Part shown: positions 40,397 to 49,374 of the stretch, in pieces
How the letters are laid out: every line of letters begins with the position of its first letter
How positions within the stretch are numbered: the stretch's first letter is position 1
Assembly: GCA_041690595.1 (NCBI GenBank)
Contig: JAWLHB010000001.1
Coordinates: 124,001 to 188,000, forward strand
DNA: 64,000 nt
Source: Lentisphaeria bacterium
GTDB taxonomy: Bacteria > Verrucomicrobiota > Lentisphaeria > JABSQK01 > JAWLHB01
Direction of reading: 5' to 3'
Notes under the pieces: generated by a model
The model's database searches: none
Told to the model about the DNA's origin: nothing
What the model saw: the letters and a program-made list of their open reading frames with translations, nothing else
Made by a program: the position numbers and the translations under genes

Positions 40397-42715
40397 TCAC
40401 CGGGTGGTGGTTCGGGAAAGGGCTTGCAGAGCCTGCTGGCGCAGTTGCAGGGGAGGCGTGCCGGCGCGATAGGCTTGGAGGATGGGAGCGAGAGTGGTAT
40501 CGCCTTCACTCGCTTGGAGGAGGTGGATCAGGCGCCAGTCTTCATACCCCTCGCGCAGGGATTCGGAGTGTCGCGTTGGAATGAGACCACGGGGGCCGGG
40601 ATAGAGCATCTGGTAATCGCTCGGCTCGCGGAGGCCATGTCCGGGAGGATTGCGGTCGAAATGGTTCCAAGCACTGGCGCGCGGCGAGTACCAGGAGTAG
40701 AAGGCCCAGCCGTTGAAGCCGAGTGCTAAGGAGTCCCAGGCCATGCGTCGGTACTTCTGGATCTCCAAGGCGGATTCCGCGCGATCCAGGTGCCCTGAGA
40801 CATAGTAGTAGCTGTTGACGAGGCGCGGCGAGGAGAAGTGAGACCACGAGGAGGGATGGTCCCGCAGCAGGAGGAAGAGGGGCATGGAGATGTCGACGGT
40901 ATCGGCATACCAGTCTGCCAAGCCCGCGTGAACAATGGCATCTTCCGTGGTGCCCCCATTGTCGTAGCCGGTCCAGAAGCAGGGATTGACGTAGATGTTG
41001 ACGCGCGGGTCAGCTGCCTTGATGAGCCGGCAGATGGCGCCGACGCCGGCGATGTTGCGGGCCCCGGGCTCGTCGCCAGTGCTGCCGTACCACTCATCGA
41101 AGTCCAGTCCCCGGGCCTGCGCCTCGGCCACGACCTGGCGGACATGCTCGGCGATCTCTTCGGCGGCATTCTCGGGCAGATCTTCGGCGCTGGTCCAGTT
41201 ACCTGTGTAGACGTTGTGGACGTACTTCCCGGGACAAAGGTGGCGAAGCCCGGAGAGGAGGCGCATGCCGCGGTCCGAGGCGAGTCGCCTGAGGATCGGC
41301 CAGTCGCTCTCGGGGAGACGCCCCCAGTCGGTGATGCCGCTGTCGAGCCCGTAGGCGATCTCCCGTTCAGCACGGTCGGAAAACTCAAAAGGGAACTGGC
41401 GGGTGCGATTCGCGGAGTAGGTCTTGACATGGGCGAAGGCATTTGGGAGGGTCACATCGAGGACCTCGATGGTGATGGGAAGGCGCTCGCCGTCGGCGAT
41501 GCCGATGGAGCCGACGTAGCTGCCGGGTGCGGCATTGCGGGTGGAGAAAGAGAGCCAGAAGATGGCCGAGCCGCTGGGTGGGAGGGTGACAGTAGGGAAG
41601 CTGCTGATGTCGCGCCCGTTGAGGAGGTAGCGTTGCATGAGGCTGGGGCCGAGCAGATTGTCGGCCGTGAAGATGGGGCCGAGATTGTTGCCGAATCCAC
41701 GATCGCCGATGACGCCGAAGACACCAAGAGTGGCGGTGACATCGGGAGCCGGGGCACCACCTTCGGCGAGGGGGGCGGCGAGGGTGGGCTCAACGATGCG
41801 TGGGCTGTCGACGAGGGTATTCTTCAAGGCAACCGCGACTGCCTCGGTCTCGTTGCGGGTCATGACAATGTGGATGGGCTGGTTGATGTCGCTGGAGGCT
41901 GGGGCAATCGGTCGGTCGCTGATGGCGTCCCAGGTGGGGACTCGGGACCAGACCGCCTGCTGGGCGCGCTGCTCCGGAGTGAGAGAGCGCACCCAGTAAT
42001 AGGCTTCGCGATCGGACAAGGATGTCTTGGCGATCCCGGTGATGGTTGGATAGGCGATGCCGACAGGGTACTGGCCCCGGGCAGTCGGCACGATCTCTTC
42101 CGGCGCCGCCTCGTCCACAACTGCATCCCCCCAAGCCACGACTTCGCTCAACTCGGTCAGCTTTGGAGCCTGGACGGTGAGTCGGGCAAAGCGTCCCTTC
42201 TGACGCTCGGCGAAGACAAGGCGGTGCAGTTCGCGATCCGGGCACTCGTCGAGCCCGCGGGAGAAAACGCTCTGCCACGGGTCTGTTTCGTTCTCACGCA
42301 AGTCGAGGGTAATGGAGAGTCGGCGCGACGTGGAGACGATGTCCCATTCGGTGAAGTCGCAGGAACGCTTGAAGTCGAAGATCACGACGAGCGGGCGGTC
42401 GCCTGAGAGTCCGACGCGACCGATCTTGCCGCTTCCCTGATTGCCGTTGAGCAGAGTTCGGCCAACGCCGCCGGCGCGATTCGGGCGATCGTCGGCGGGC
42501 TTGTCAGGAGGGACTTCGTAGGTGTACGTGACGCCGGTGAGGATCACGTCACCCCAATAATCCTCGTTGTCGCTGAGAAGCAAGCCCGGGGTCGTATCGA
42601 CGTCGTCCGTGGAGCCGTCAAACCAGATGCGTCCGGCGGTTGCGGTAAACGCGAGACAGGCAATGAAAAGGATGGCCGTGAGACGTCGAGGGTGGGGCAG
42701 CGGGGATGCGATCAT
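40397..42715 (-). CDS. Secreted DUF4091/GH123-like protein with discoidin-like N-domain (paralog 2)
   Basis: Signal peptide, TRNETE, GDEP, R.MAW....GFNGW.FY, YPGP.G.IP....E..REG.ED. Confidence 0.7.
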   Translation of the reverse strand: MIASPLPHPRRLTAILFIACLAFTATAGRIWFDGSTDDVDTTPGLLLSDNEDYWGDVILTGVTYTYEVPPDKPADDRPNRAGGVGRTLLNGNQGSGKIGRVGLSGDRPLVVIFDFKRSCDFTEWDIVSTSRRLSITLDLRENETDPWQSVFSRGLDECPDRELHRLVFAERQKGRFARLTVQAPKLTELSEVVAWGDAVVDEAAPEEIVPTARGQYPVGIAYPTITGIAKTSLSDREAYYWVRSLTPEQRAQQAVWSRVPTWDAISDRPIAPASSDINQPIHIVMTRNETEAVAVALKNTLVDSPRIVEPTLAAPLAEGGAPAPDVTATLGVFGVIGDRGFGNNLGPIFTADNLLGPSLMQRYLLNGRDISSFPTVTLPPSGSAIFWLSFSTRNAAPGSYVGSIGIADGERLPITIEVLDVTLPNAFAHVKTYSANRTRQFPFEFSDRAEREIAYGLDSGITDWGRLPESDWPILRRLASDRGMRLLSGLRHLCPGKYVHNVYTGNWTSAEDLPENAAEEIAEHVRQVVAEAQARGLDFDEWYGSTGDEPGARNIAGVGAICRLIKAADPRVNIYVNPCFWTGYDNGGTTEDAIVHAGLADWYADTVDISMPLFLLLRDHPSSWSHFSSPRLVNSYYYVSGHLDRAESALEIQKYRRMAWDSLALGFNGWAFYSWYSPRASAWNHFDRNPPGHGLREPSDYQMLYPGPRGLIPTRHSESLREGYEDWRLIHLLQASEGDTTLAPILQAYRAGTPPLQLRQQALQALSRTTTR

Positions 42716-42749
42716 CAGGCACTCCGGAGGTTCGGCGAGTTGCGTGGAT

Positions 42750-45098
42750 TTACGGCTGAAGGCGGACGGCTTCGAGGGCACGGAGGCGCAGGGCGGCGGG
42801 AGCTTCGCCTTGTCGCCAGCCATCCAGAAGGCTGTCGACAAGTTCGCCACGGCCAAGTCGGCGAAGCTCGCTCAGCAGATGGTAGTCCTCCCAGCCGTCG
42901 CGCATGATCTCGTAGATGGGCATGATGATGGGGCCGCCGGGGCCGGGAAAGACCATCTGATATCGGTAGTTGAGCTGGCTCCAGGTGCGGATATCCCAAG
43001 GGTTGCCACGGGGAGCGTAATAGCAGTAGTAGCCCCAGCCGTTGAAGCCGAGGTCGAAAGCGCGCCAAGCCATGGCCCGCCCGCCCCTTTCAGCGGGATG
43101 TATGAAGAAGGCGCGTACGAAGCGTGGCTGCGACCAGAGTTCGCGAGTAGAGACATTGTCGCCGACGAGAGTGGTGACGGGGACCGAGATGTCGACCAAG
43201 TCATTGTACCATGGAGCCAGGTGTTCCACCACCACCTCGGGTGGGGCGTGACCCGGGCGCCAGAAGAGGGGATTCATATAGATACGCACGCGAGGATCGG
43301 TCCGCTTGATGAGGCGCGCCAGCGCTCCAAAAAGGGCCACGTTCTTCTCCTGAGGCTCGTCCCACAGCTCCACCCACCACGCATCATAGTCAAGCCCCAG
43401 TTCCCGCGCCTCGCGAACCTGGTCGTTGACGAAGGCGATGATCTTCCCTTCGTCCTCGGCGGTTAGTTCCTCGGCCTGAAGCTTGTTGGTGTAGCCGACG
43501 TGGGTGTAATAGCTGGGAACACCCTTGACGCGATAGTAGCTCTTGCCGTGGGAGCCGAAGAGCGCGGCTTTGCTGCCGGGCGTGGGAAAGCCGGGCCAGA
43601 CGGTGACCCCAAGTTTGCGATTGACGAGCGCGTCGTTTGCCAGCCGGCCCTGGCTCTCGAAGGGGAACTGGTTCGTCCCATTGCCCCAGCTTCGCACCCA
43701 CAGGTCCAACTCGGGCAGAAGGATATCCGCCACCTCCACCTGCAATGGCATGGCGATCACCCGGCCATCGTGCGTGGTGGCCGAAAGTGAGGCTGCGTAT
43801 TGGCCTGGGAGAGCGCTGTCGGTGGTGATGCGCAGCATCAGGACGGCGCTGCCGCCGGGAGCAATGGTGAGCCGCGGAAAGTCGCGGATGGCGACACCGT
43901 TGATGAGGTACTTGGCCATGTGGCTGCGCCCGAGCATATTGTCGGCAGCGAAGAAGGGAAGCAGGCGCACATCGGTAGCGTCGCCTTCACCAGTCGCGGA
44001 CTGGGGGAGGGTATTGTCAACCATGAGACGCAGCCGCTCTTCGGCGGTCAGGCGCTGCTTGGGGGGCATGGCGGGGATGGCACCGCCGATGAGGAGTTCC
44101 GCCTGGATGGTGGCGGCATGGAATTGGGGAGGATCGAGCGTCAGCTTCAACTCCGTATCAGCCGAGGTATTGACGAGGGCCAGGTAGGCGCTTTCGGTTT
44201 CATTGCGAGCAACGAGGAGGCGCGGCGGGGCGGCAATGGCGTCGGCTTCGGGAAGAATGGGGCCGGTGAGGTCGGGCGAGTCGAGTGTGGTCCACACGAC
44301 GGGTGCTTTGGCATGGCTGCCGATGTGACTGCGCCAGTCATCGAAGTGCGAGCGGGAGAAGCGGGTGGTGATGGCGCCGGCAATGGATTCGAGCATGTCG
44401 CCGGGCAGGTCAGCGGCACACGTTGGAGCGAGATGCTCGGGGAAGTTTTCCGAGACCTCTCCATGGCCCCAGACGATCACTTCATCAAGGTAGGTGATAC
44501 CGCTGGCTTCAATACTGAGGCGCAGATAGCGGGCACTGCTTTCCGCCGGCAGGCGTGCGCGCCGCAGGGGCTGCTCGGTGGCTGCGTCCAGAGGCTCGGC
44601 AAAGACGGTGCGCCAGTTCCCATCGTTGCCGGTATCGCTGACTTCCACGGTGAGTGAGGTCAGCGGCGAGCGCGTGGCGATGGTGTTGACTTCCGTGAAA
44701 GTGCAGGGGCGCTTGAAGTCGAAAACGACGATCAGGGGACCGCGAGATTGGCCGACGGGGACGTGCCAGTTGCCGCCGATGCGCCCATCCAGCAGGCGTC
44801 TTCCGAAGGCATCTCCCTGGCTGCCGATGCGATCGATGGGATTGTCGGCTTCGCTCTGGTAGCGGTAGTCGACACCCGTCAGGATACTTTCCCCCCAGTA
44901 TCCCTCATTGTCGCTGAGCAGGAGCCCCGTTGGCGCACCGGCGGCGTCAACCAGACCGGTGGCCCAGGTTATCGCCTCCGGCGCACCGTCAGCTTCGGCG
45001 AGCGCCCAAGTGATGTGCGGCAGGAGCACGCTCACCAGGAAAATGCAGATGGAGCAGTGACGGAGTCCACGTGTTCGGCGGCCGAATGGAGTGCTCAA
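42750..45098 (-). CDS. Secreted DUF4091/GH123-like protein with discoidin-like N-domain (paralog 1)
   Basis: Same motifs ([24 protein letters not shown]); start uncertain (TTGA overlap with prepilin stop). Confidence 0.7.
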   Translation of the reverse strand: MSTPFGRRTRGLRHCSICIFLVSVLLPHITWALAEADGAPEAITWATGLVDAAGAPTGLLLSDNEGYWGESILTGVDYRYQSEADNPIDRIGSQGDAFGRRLLDGRIGGNWHVPVGQSRGPLIVVFDFKRPCTFTEVNTIATRSPLTSLTVEVSDTGNDGNWRTVFAEPLDAATEQPLRRARLPAESSARYLRLSIEASGITYLDEVIVWGHGEVSENFPEHLAPTCAADLPGDMLESIAGAITTRFSRSHFDDWRSHIGSHAKAPVVWTTLDSPDLTGPILPEADAIAAPPRLLVARNETESAYLALVNTSADTELKLTLDPPQFHAATIQAELLIGGAIPAMPPKQRLTAEERLRLMVDNTLPQSATGEGDATDVRLLPFFAADNMLGRSHMAKYLINGVAIRDFPRLTIAPGGSAVLMLRITTDSALPGQYAASLSATTHDGRVIAMPLQVEVADILLPELDLWVRSWGNGTNQFPFESQGRLANDALVNRKLGVTVWPGFPTPGSKAALFGSHGKSYYRVKGVPSYYTHVGYTNKLQAEELTAEDEGKIIAFVNDQVREARELGLDYDAWWVELWDEPQEKNVALFGALARLIKRTDPRVRIYMNPLFWRPGHAPPEVVVEHLAPWYNDLVDISVPVTTLVGDNVSTRELWSQPRFVRAFFIHPAERGGRAMAWRAFDLGFNGWGYYCYYAPRGNPWDIRTWSQLNYRYQMVFPGPGGPIIMPIYEIMRDGWEDYHLLSELRRLGRGELVDSLLDGWRQGEAPAALRLRALEAVRLQP

Positions 45099-45904
45099 TA
45101 GTAATACCACTGGTAGTAATCATGGTGGCGCAGGACGACGCTGGAATCGGGCATCCATTTTACATGTCCATCCATGTAGGTGACGTTATGCCCACCCGCC
45201 AGGAAGTGGTTGTTGTTGGTCCAGTCGTTAGAATAACCCATGCGCCACTGATGAGTGCCTTCATTGAGACCAGAGTAGGCATCCTGTACCGAAGGCTGAT
45301 CGCTGGGACCGGGAATGTAGACCGGACGTAGACCTCCGCTGAGCCACCCCGCCGCCTGCGTGGACTCGAGCATGTTGATGCGCGGCACATTGACGCGGGG
45401 AAGCAACTCGGTAGACTTTACATACATGATGTGTCCAAAAAAGGAGGCTGAATTGGTGAAGTCTCTGGTGCCCGTGCCGAAGTGAAAGAAGTAGGAGGTA
45501 TTGAAGCGTGTGCTGTTGATGCGGCCAATGCGATAGGTTGTGCGTGCGTCACCGATCGGGTCCCGTGATGGAAAGCGGAAGAGGGGCTTTATGCGGCCGG
45601 GCGATTCTTCCGGGAAATAGCCATTGATCCACCCCTCGGGACTCGAGAGAACGAAGACGTTGCCCCAGGTGATGCCGGGGATCCCCCAGCCTTCGAAATC
45701 GTCGGCGTACATCATCATCCCCAGGCTGATCTGCTTGAGTTGATTCATGCAGGTAGCCGCCCGCGCCTTCTCGCGGGCCTTGCTGAGGGCGGGAAGGAGG
45801 ATGCTTGCAAGAATAGCAATTATGGCAACAACTACCAGAAGTTCGATCAAGGTGAAGCGACGGATGGCGGGAAATCGGGAAGTCGGCGGGGATTGCGGCG
45901 TCAT
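45095..45904 (-). CDS. Prepilin-type N-terminal cleavage/methylation, DUF1559 / H-X9-DG-like protein
   Basis: [52 protein letters not shown]. Confidence 0.92.
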   Translation of the reverse strand: MTPQSPPTSRFPAIRRFTLIELLVVVAIIAILASILLPALSKAREKARAATCMNQLKQISLGMMMYADDFEGWGIPGITWGNVFVLSSPEGWINGYFPEESPGRIKPLFRFPSRDPIGDARTTYRIGRINSTRFNTSYFFHFGTGTRDFTNSASFFGHIMYVKSTELLPRVNVPRINMLESTQAAGWLSGGLRPVYIPGPSDQPSVQDAYSGLNEGTHQWRMGYSNDWTNNNHFLAGGHNVTYMDGHVKWMPDSSVVLRHHDYYQWYYY

Positions 45905-45956
45905 GGCTCGTTCTCCTTGATGGCGAGGTTAGGTACGAAAGTCGGCCAGCGGATGC

Positions 45957-47093
45957 TCAGCGAGTGGACTGTTGGAGTTTGGTGTTTCCCTGAGGTGAGC
46001 GGTCGCTGCATGTCGAGGTGCTGTCGCGTACGGTGATGTCAAAAGGGATATTGCGGACAGATTGCGTCGGGTGGCCGCCGTCCATGATGTCGAAGAGGAA
46101 TCTGGCGGCCTCGCGTCCGAGTTCGAGCAACGGGATGCGAACGGTGGTGAGAGCCGGACTCAGGAGGGCGCTCAATTCGATGTCGCCAATTCCCATGATG
46201 CTGATGTCATGGGGCACCGCAAGATTGAACTCGCGCGCAGCTTCCATCGCCCCCCACGCCAGATAGTCATTGCCGCAGATGACGGCGGTGGGACGTTCCG
46301 GTTCAGAGGCAAGAATCCGCGCCATCTCGTCGAAGCCATCGGCTTTGCTGCTGCCTTGAGCTTCCGCGTAAAGAGGCAGAAGCTGCGCGGTCTGGCCATC
46401 GGCGCATATCGCCTTGTAGCCGTCGCGATACTTGCCATGGATCTGGATACCCGGGGAGCCATTGAGAAGAGCAATGCGCCGATGCCCCAGGCTTGTCAGC
46501 AGCTCCACCGCGCGCCGTATGGCCATCTCGCCGTCCCACGTCACCAGCGGGGTCGTGCCGTCAGCTTCGATGCTGCCGATGACCACATGAGGGATGCCGG
46601 TGCGGGCCAGGGCCTTGAGCAAGGCAGGACGGATCACGCCGGTGAGGACAACCCCGTCCACAACAGCTTCGCCGATCATGGCGGGCAGAGGGGTGCGAGG
46701 CGTGAAGGGGCCGCCCGTCGCGCAAACCAGATGGCTCTCGGCATCCGTGGCGATCTCTTCGACCCCCTTCATCATCAATGCATAGTATGCAGGAGACGAA
46801 CTTGCCGTGTACTGCAGGAAACCGATCTGCCTCTTGCGTTCCCGGGGGCTGGAAGCTGTAACAAAGGTACCCTTGCCCTTTATCCGCTCCGCCAAGCCTT
46901 CGTGACAGAGCTGCGTGATGGCCTGCCGCGCGGTAGTCCGGCTGATGCCATAGCGGGCCACAAGCTCGAACTCGGAGGGCAACTGCGCACCCGGGTGCAA
47001 CTCCCCCGAAGAAATCAGTCGCCGGAGTATCTGCTCGAGCTGACAGTAATACGGTAACGCACTGCCGCGGTCGATCTCCGCCAGCTCGTTCAT
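45957..47093 (-). CDS. GntR-family regulator with LacI-type C-terminal domain
   Basis: LPSEFEL...YGISRTTARQAI...GKGTFV; PTAVICGND, P.DISIMG.GD, PALTTV. Confidence 0.92.
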   Translation of the reverse strand: MNELAEIDRGSALPYYCQLEQILRRLISSGELHPGAQLPSEFELVARYGISRTTARQAITQLCHEGLAERIKGKGTFVTASSPRERKRQIGFLQYTASSSPAYYALMMKGVEEIATDAESHLVCATGGPFTPRTPLPAMIGEAVVDGVVLTGVIRPALLKALARTGIPHVVIGSIEADGTTPLVTWDGEMAIRRAVELLTSLGHRRIALLNGSPGIQIHGKYRDGYKAICADGQTAQLLPLYAEAQGSSKADGFDEMARILASEPERPTAVICGNDYLAWGAMEAAREFNLAVPHDISIMGIGDIELSALLSPALTTVRIPLLELGREAARFLFDIMDGGHPTQSVRNIPFDITVRDSTSTCSDRSPQGNTKLQQSTR

Positions 47094-47164
47094 GATGTGC
47101 TTCTCCCCTTTGTTCATGCTGATCTCTCGCTCAGCTTGTATGAACTTGTATCCTTGTCATGATT

Positions 47165-47193
47165 AGTATAGCGACAAGAAAAACCTCTTGCAA
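47165..47193 (-). promoter_or_regulatory. Sigma70 promoter of GntR/prepilin operon 2, embedded in CTTGT repeats
   Basis: TTGCAA-17 nt-TATACT; CTTGTA/CTTGTC at 47135, 47145, 47153 and inverted GACAAG at 47173. Confidence 0.65.
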
Positions 47194-47313
47194 GAGCACA
47201 GACACAACTTTCTTCCATCCACGTTAAAGCTCTTGTATTCTGCAGAAAAGCAAGTGACGCTGAGCGCCTGGTGGGCTATATTTCGCTAACAACCAAACTT
47301 GGGGAGTACACTC

Positions 47314-48336
47314 ATGACAGGACGCGAGCGGGTGCTTCGTGCATTGGAGTTTCGAAATCCGGATCGGGTGCCGCGGGATCTGTGGGCGCTGCCGGCAGTC
47401 CCGCTTCAGCAGGGTGCGGCTCTGGAGAAGATGAAAGCCGATTTCCCCATGGACATCGGCCAGCCCTATGCATGTCCCGGCTTGACGTCGAGCGGGCAGA
47501 CCTACGAGCGCGTGGGAGAGTATACCGACGAGTGGGGATCCGTCTGGAGCATTGCCGAAGTAGGGGTGGTTGGTGAGGTGGTGCGGCCGGCCTTGGCGGA
47601 GTGGAGCGATCTGGCCAGCTTCCAGCCACCCTGGCGCCTTCTCGACGATCGAGATCTGGGATACATCAGCCGTCAGTGCGCGGCGAGCGATCAGTTCATG
47701 CTTTCCGCCTGCACCGCGCGCCCCTTCGAGCGCATGCAGTTCCTCCGCGGCACGGCGAACCTCTTCATGGACCTCGCCTATGACTGTGACGAAGTTTACC
47801 GCTTGCGCGAGATGGTGCACGACTTCTACCTCAAGGACATCGAACTCTGGTGCAAGAGCGATGTCGATGGCGTCTTTTTCATGGATGATTGGGGGACGCA
47901 GCAGAGCCTGCTGATCTCGCCGAAGCAATGGCGCGCCTTCTACAAGCCACTCTACCGCGACTACGTGGACCTTATTCATGCCGCCGGCAAGAAGGCCTTC
48001 TTTCATTCCGATGGTCATATTGCCGCGATCTACCCGGACTTGATCGAGATCGGCGTCGATGCGGTGAACAGTCAGCTCTTCTGCATGGACATTGAGGATC
48101 TGGCGGCCAAGTACAAGGGAAAGATCACCTTCTGGGGCGAAATCGACCGGCAGAATCTCTTACCCTTCGGCACGCCCGAAGCGGTGCGGGCTGGCGTGCG
48201 TCGGGTGCGCAATGCCCTCGACGACGGCAGCGGCGGCGTGATCGCTCAATGCGAATGGGGCAAAGACAATCCCGTCGCCAATGTCCACGCCGTCTACGAC
48301 GCATGGCAGGCGCCGCTGGAGACCCTCAGCCAGTAG
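47314..48336 (+). CDS. Uroporphyrinogen decarboxylase / MtaA-CmuA methyltransferase family protein
   Basis: MTGRERV..A....PDRVP, DEWG, MDDWG.Q, FHSDG, ITFWGEID.Q. Confidence 0.85.
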   Translation: MTGRERVLRALEFRNPDRVPRDLWALPAVPLQQGAALEKMKADFPMDIGQPYACPGLTSSGQTYERVGEYTDEWGSVWSIAEVGVVGEVVRPALAEWSDLASFQPPWRLLDDRDLGYISRQCAASDQFMLSACTARPFERMQFLRGTANLFMDLAYDCDEVYRLREMVHDFYLKDIELWCKSDVDGVFFMDDWGTQQSLLISPKQWRAFYKPLYRDYVDLIHAAGKKAFFHSDGHIAAIYPDLIEIGVDAVNSQLFCMDIEDLAAKYKGKITFWGEIDRQNLLPFGTPEAVRAGVRRVRNALDDGSGGVIAQCEWGKDNPVANVHAVYDAWQAPLETLSQ

Positions 48337-48398
48337 CCCCGCCCGGCGCGACCCGCCGAGAGAACGCCAACGCCCAGCTCGATCCAATTCTCTTTGGC

Positions 48399-49061
48399 TC
48401 AGCGGCCGGCGTTGGTTCGTTTCGGATCCATAAGCTCCGAAATCTCCGGTGCTTTCTCGTCGAAACGGTCAAACAGAGCGTCCAGTCCCGCCGAGAGCTT
48501 GATTTCCATCTCCTCTTTGTACAGTGGTAGAACCGTGTGGAAATGCAGCGTCTTCTTCTTGCCCACTTTGAGCGAGGCAAAGTCGTCGCCGAAAAGAATT
48601 GGCGCGGCGATCAGTGCGCAGCAGTAACGAACGGAAGGATCATAGGGCGCCGCTGGATCACCGTTCGGCACCGTGCTTCCCGTCCACATCCATAAGTCAT
48701 ACTCATGCGGCAGCCGTGCAAGTGATTTGATTAGTCTGAAAGGCCACCAGTACTTCTCCTTCTTGTAATCCGCTTTCAGGACATGCCAGCTTGGCGGCAG
48801 GCACATCACCAACTCCGAATACGCGCACTCTTTCCGTCCGGTTGGCGTCTTCATGGGCAGGCTACTCATCCCCGAGGTAACAAGCGTGTAGTAGTCCCGT
48901 TCAGGCGACGGCGCGACAATGTAAACATCGATGTGCACGACATCTGATACGATCTCATGGTAAACTTGATCGATATCCCCCACGTACCTTTCGACATGCT
49001 CCGCTATAGCCTCGATAATCCCCTCATCGCATGCAATTCGCTTTCTGAATGGATTCCACAT
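48399..49061 (-). CDS. Suppressor-of-fused (SUFU) domain protein
   Basis: HEIVSD.VHIDV, TLVTSGMS, ELVMCLP, LAR.PH, PLYKEE. Confidence 0.85.
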   Translation of the reverse strand: MWNPFRKRIACDEGIIEAIAEHVERYVGDIDQVYHEIVSDVVHIDVYIVAPSPERDYYTLVTSGMSSLPMKTPTGRKECAYSELVMCLPPSWHVLKADYKKEKYWWPFRLIKSLARLPHEYDLWMWTGSTVPNGDPAAPYDPSVRYCCALIAAPILFGDDFASLKVGKKKTLHFHTVLPLYKEEMEIKLSAGLDALFDRFDEKAPEISELMDPKRTNAGR

Positions 49062-49264
49062 TGACTATTCTCCGTGCCCAACTAAACACTGTTTCTATTC
49101 AAGTCCCCCCTCCGGCTTATTTAACCGGGCGGCTCCGTCGGCTGCAGGGCATTATTCGCGCAATGTAGCGGTGCTGTTACTGGCGAGCAAGCGCTGGCGA
49201 GACGATTTTCGTAAATAGGAAATATGCGGCGCAGCCTCGAGACGGTCGGCAGGCACCACGATCT

Positions 49265-49308
49265 GTCCGATCCGTCAGTCCGATCCGTCTGATCCGGCTG
49301 ATCCGTCG
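49265..49308. repeat. Short degenerate tandem repeat (GATCCGTC-based, ~9-nt period)
   Basis: gtccgatccgtcagtccgatccgtctgatccggctgatccgtc. Confidence 0.75.
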
Positions 49309-49374
49309 GTTTCCCTGGGCGGCCGTGGGGGCGTGGTGGCGGCGCTGTGGGCGGTGGCCAGCTTATGGTCGAGG

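Noticed and set aside
40369..40509. ORF-track N-terminus of the beta-propeller gene
   Set aside because: Overlaps the upstream gene's 3' end; TTG at 40368 with an AGGA RBS fits better
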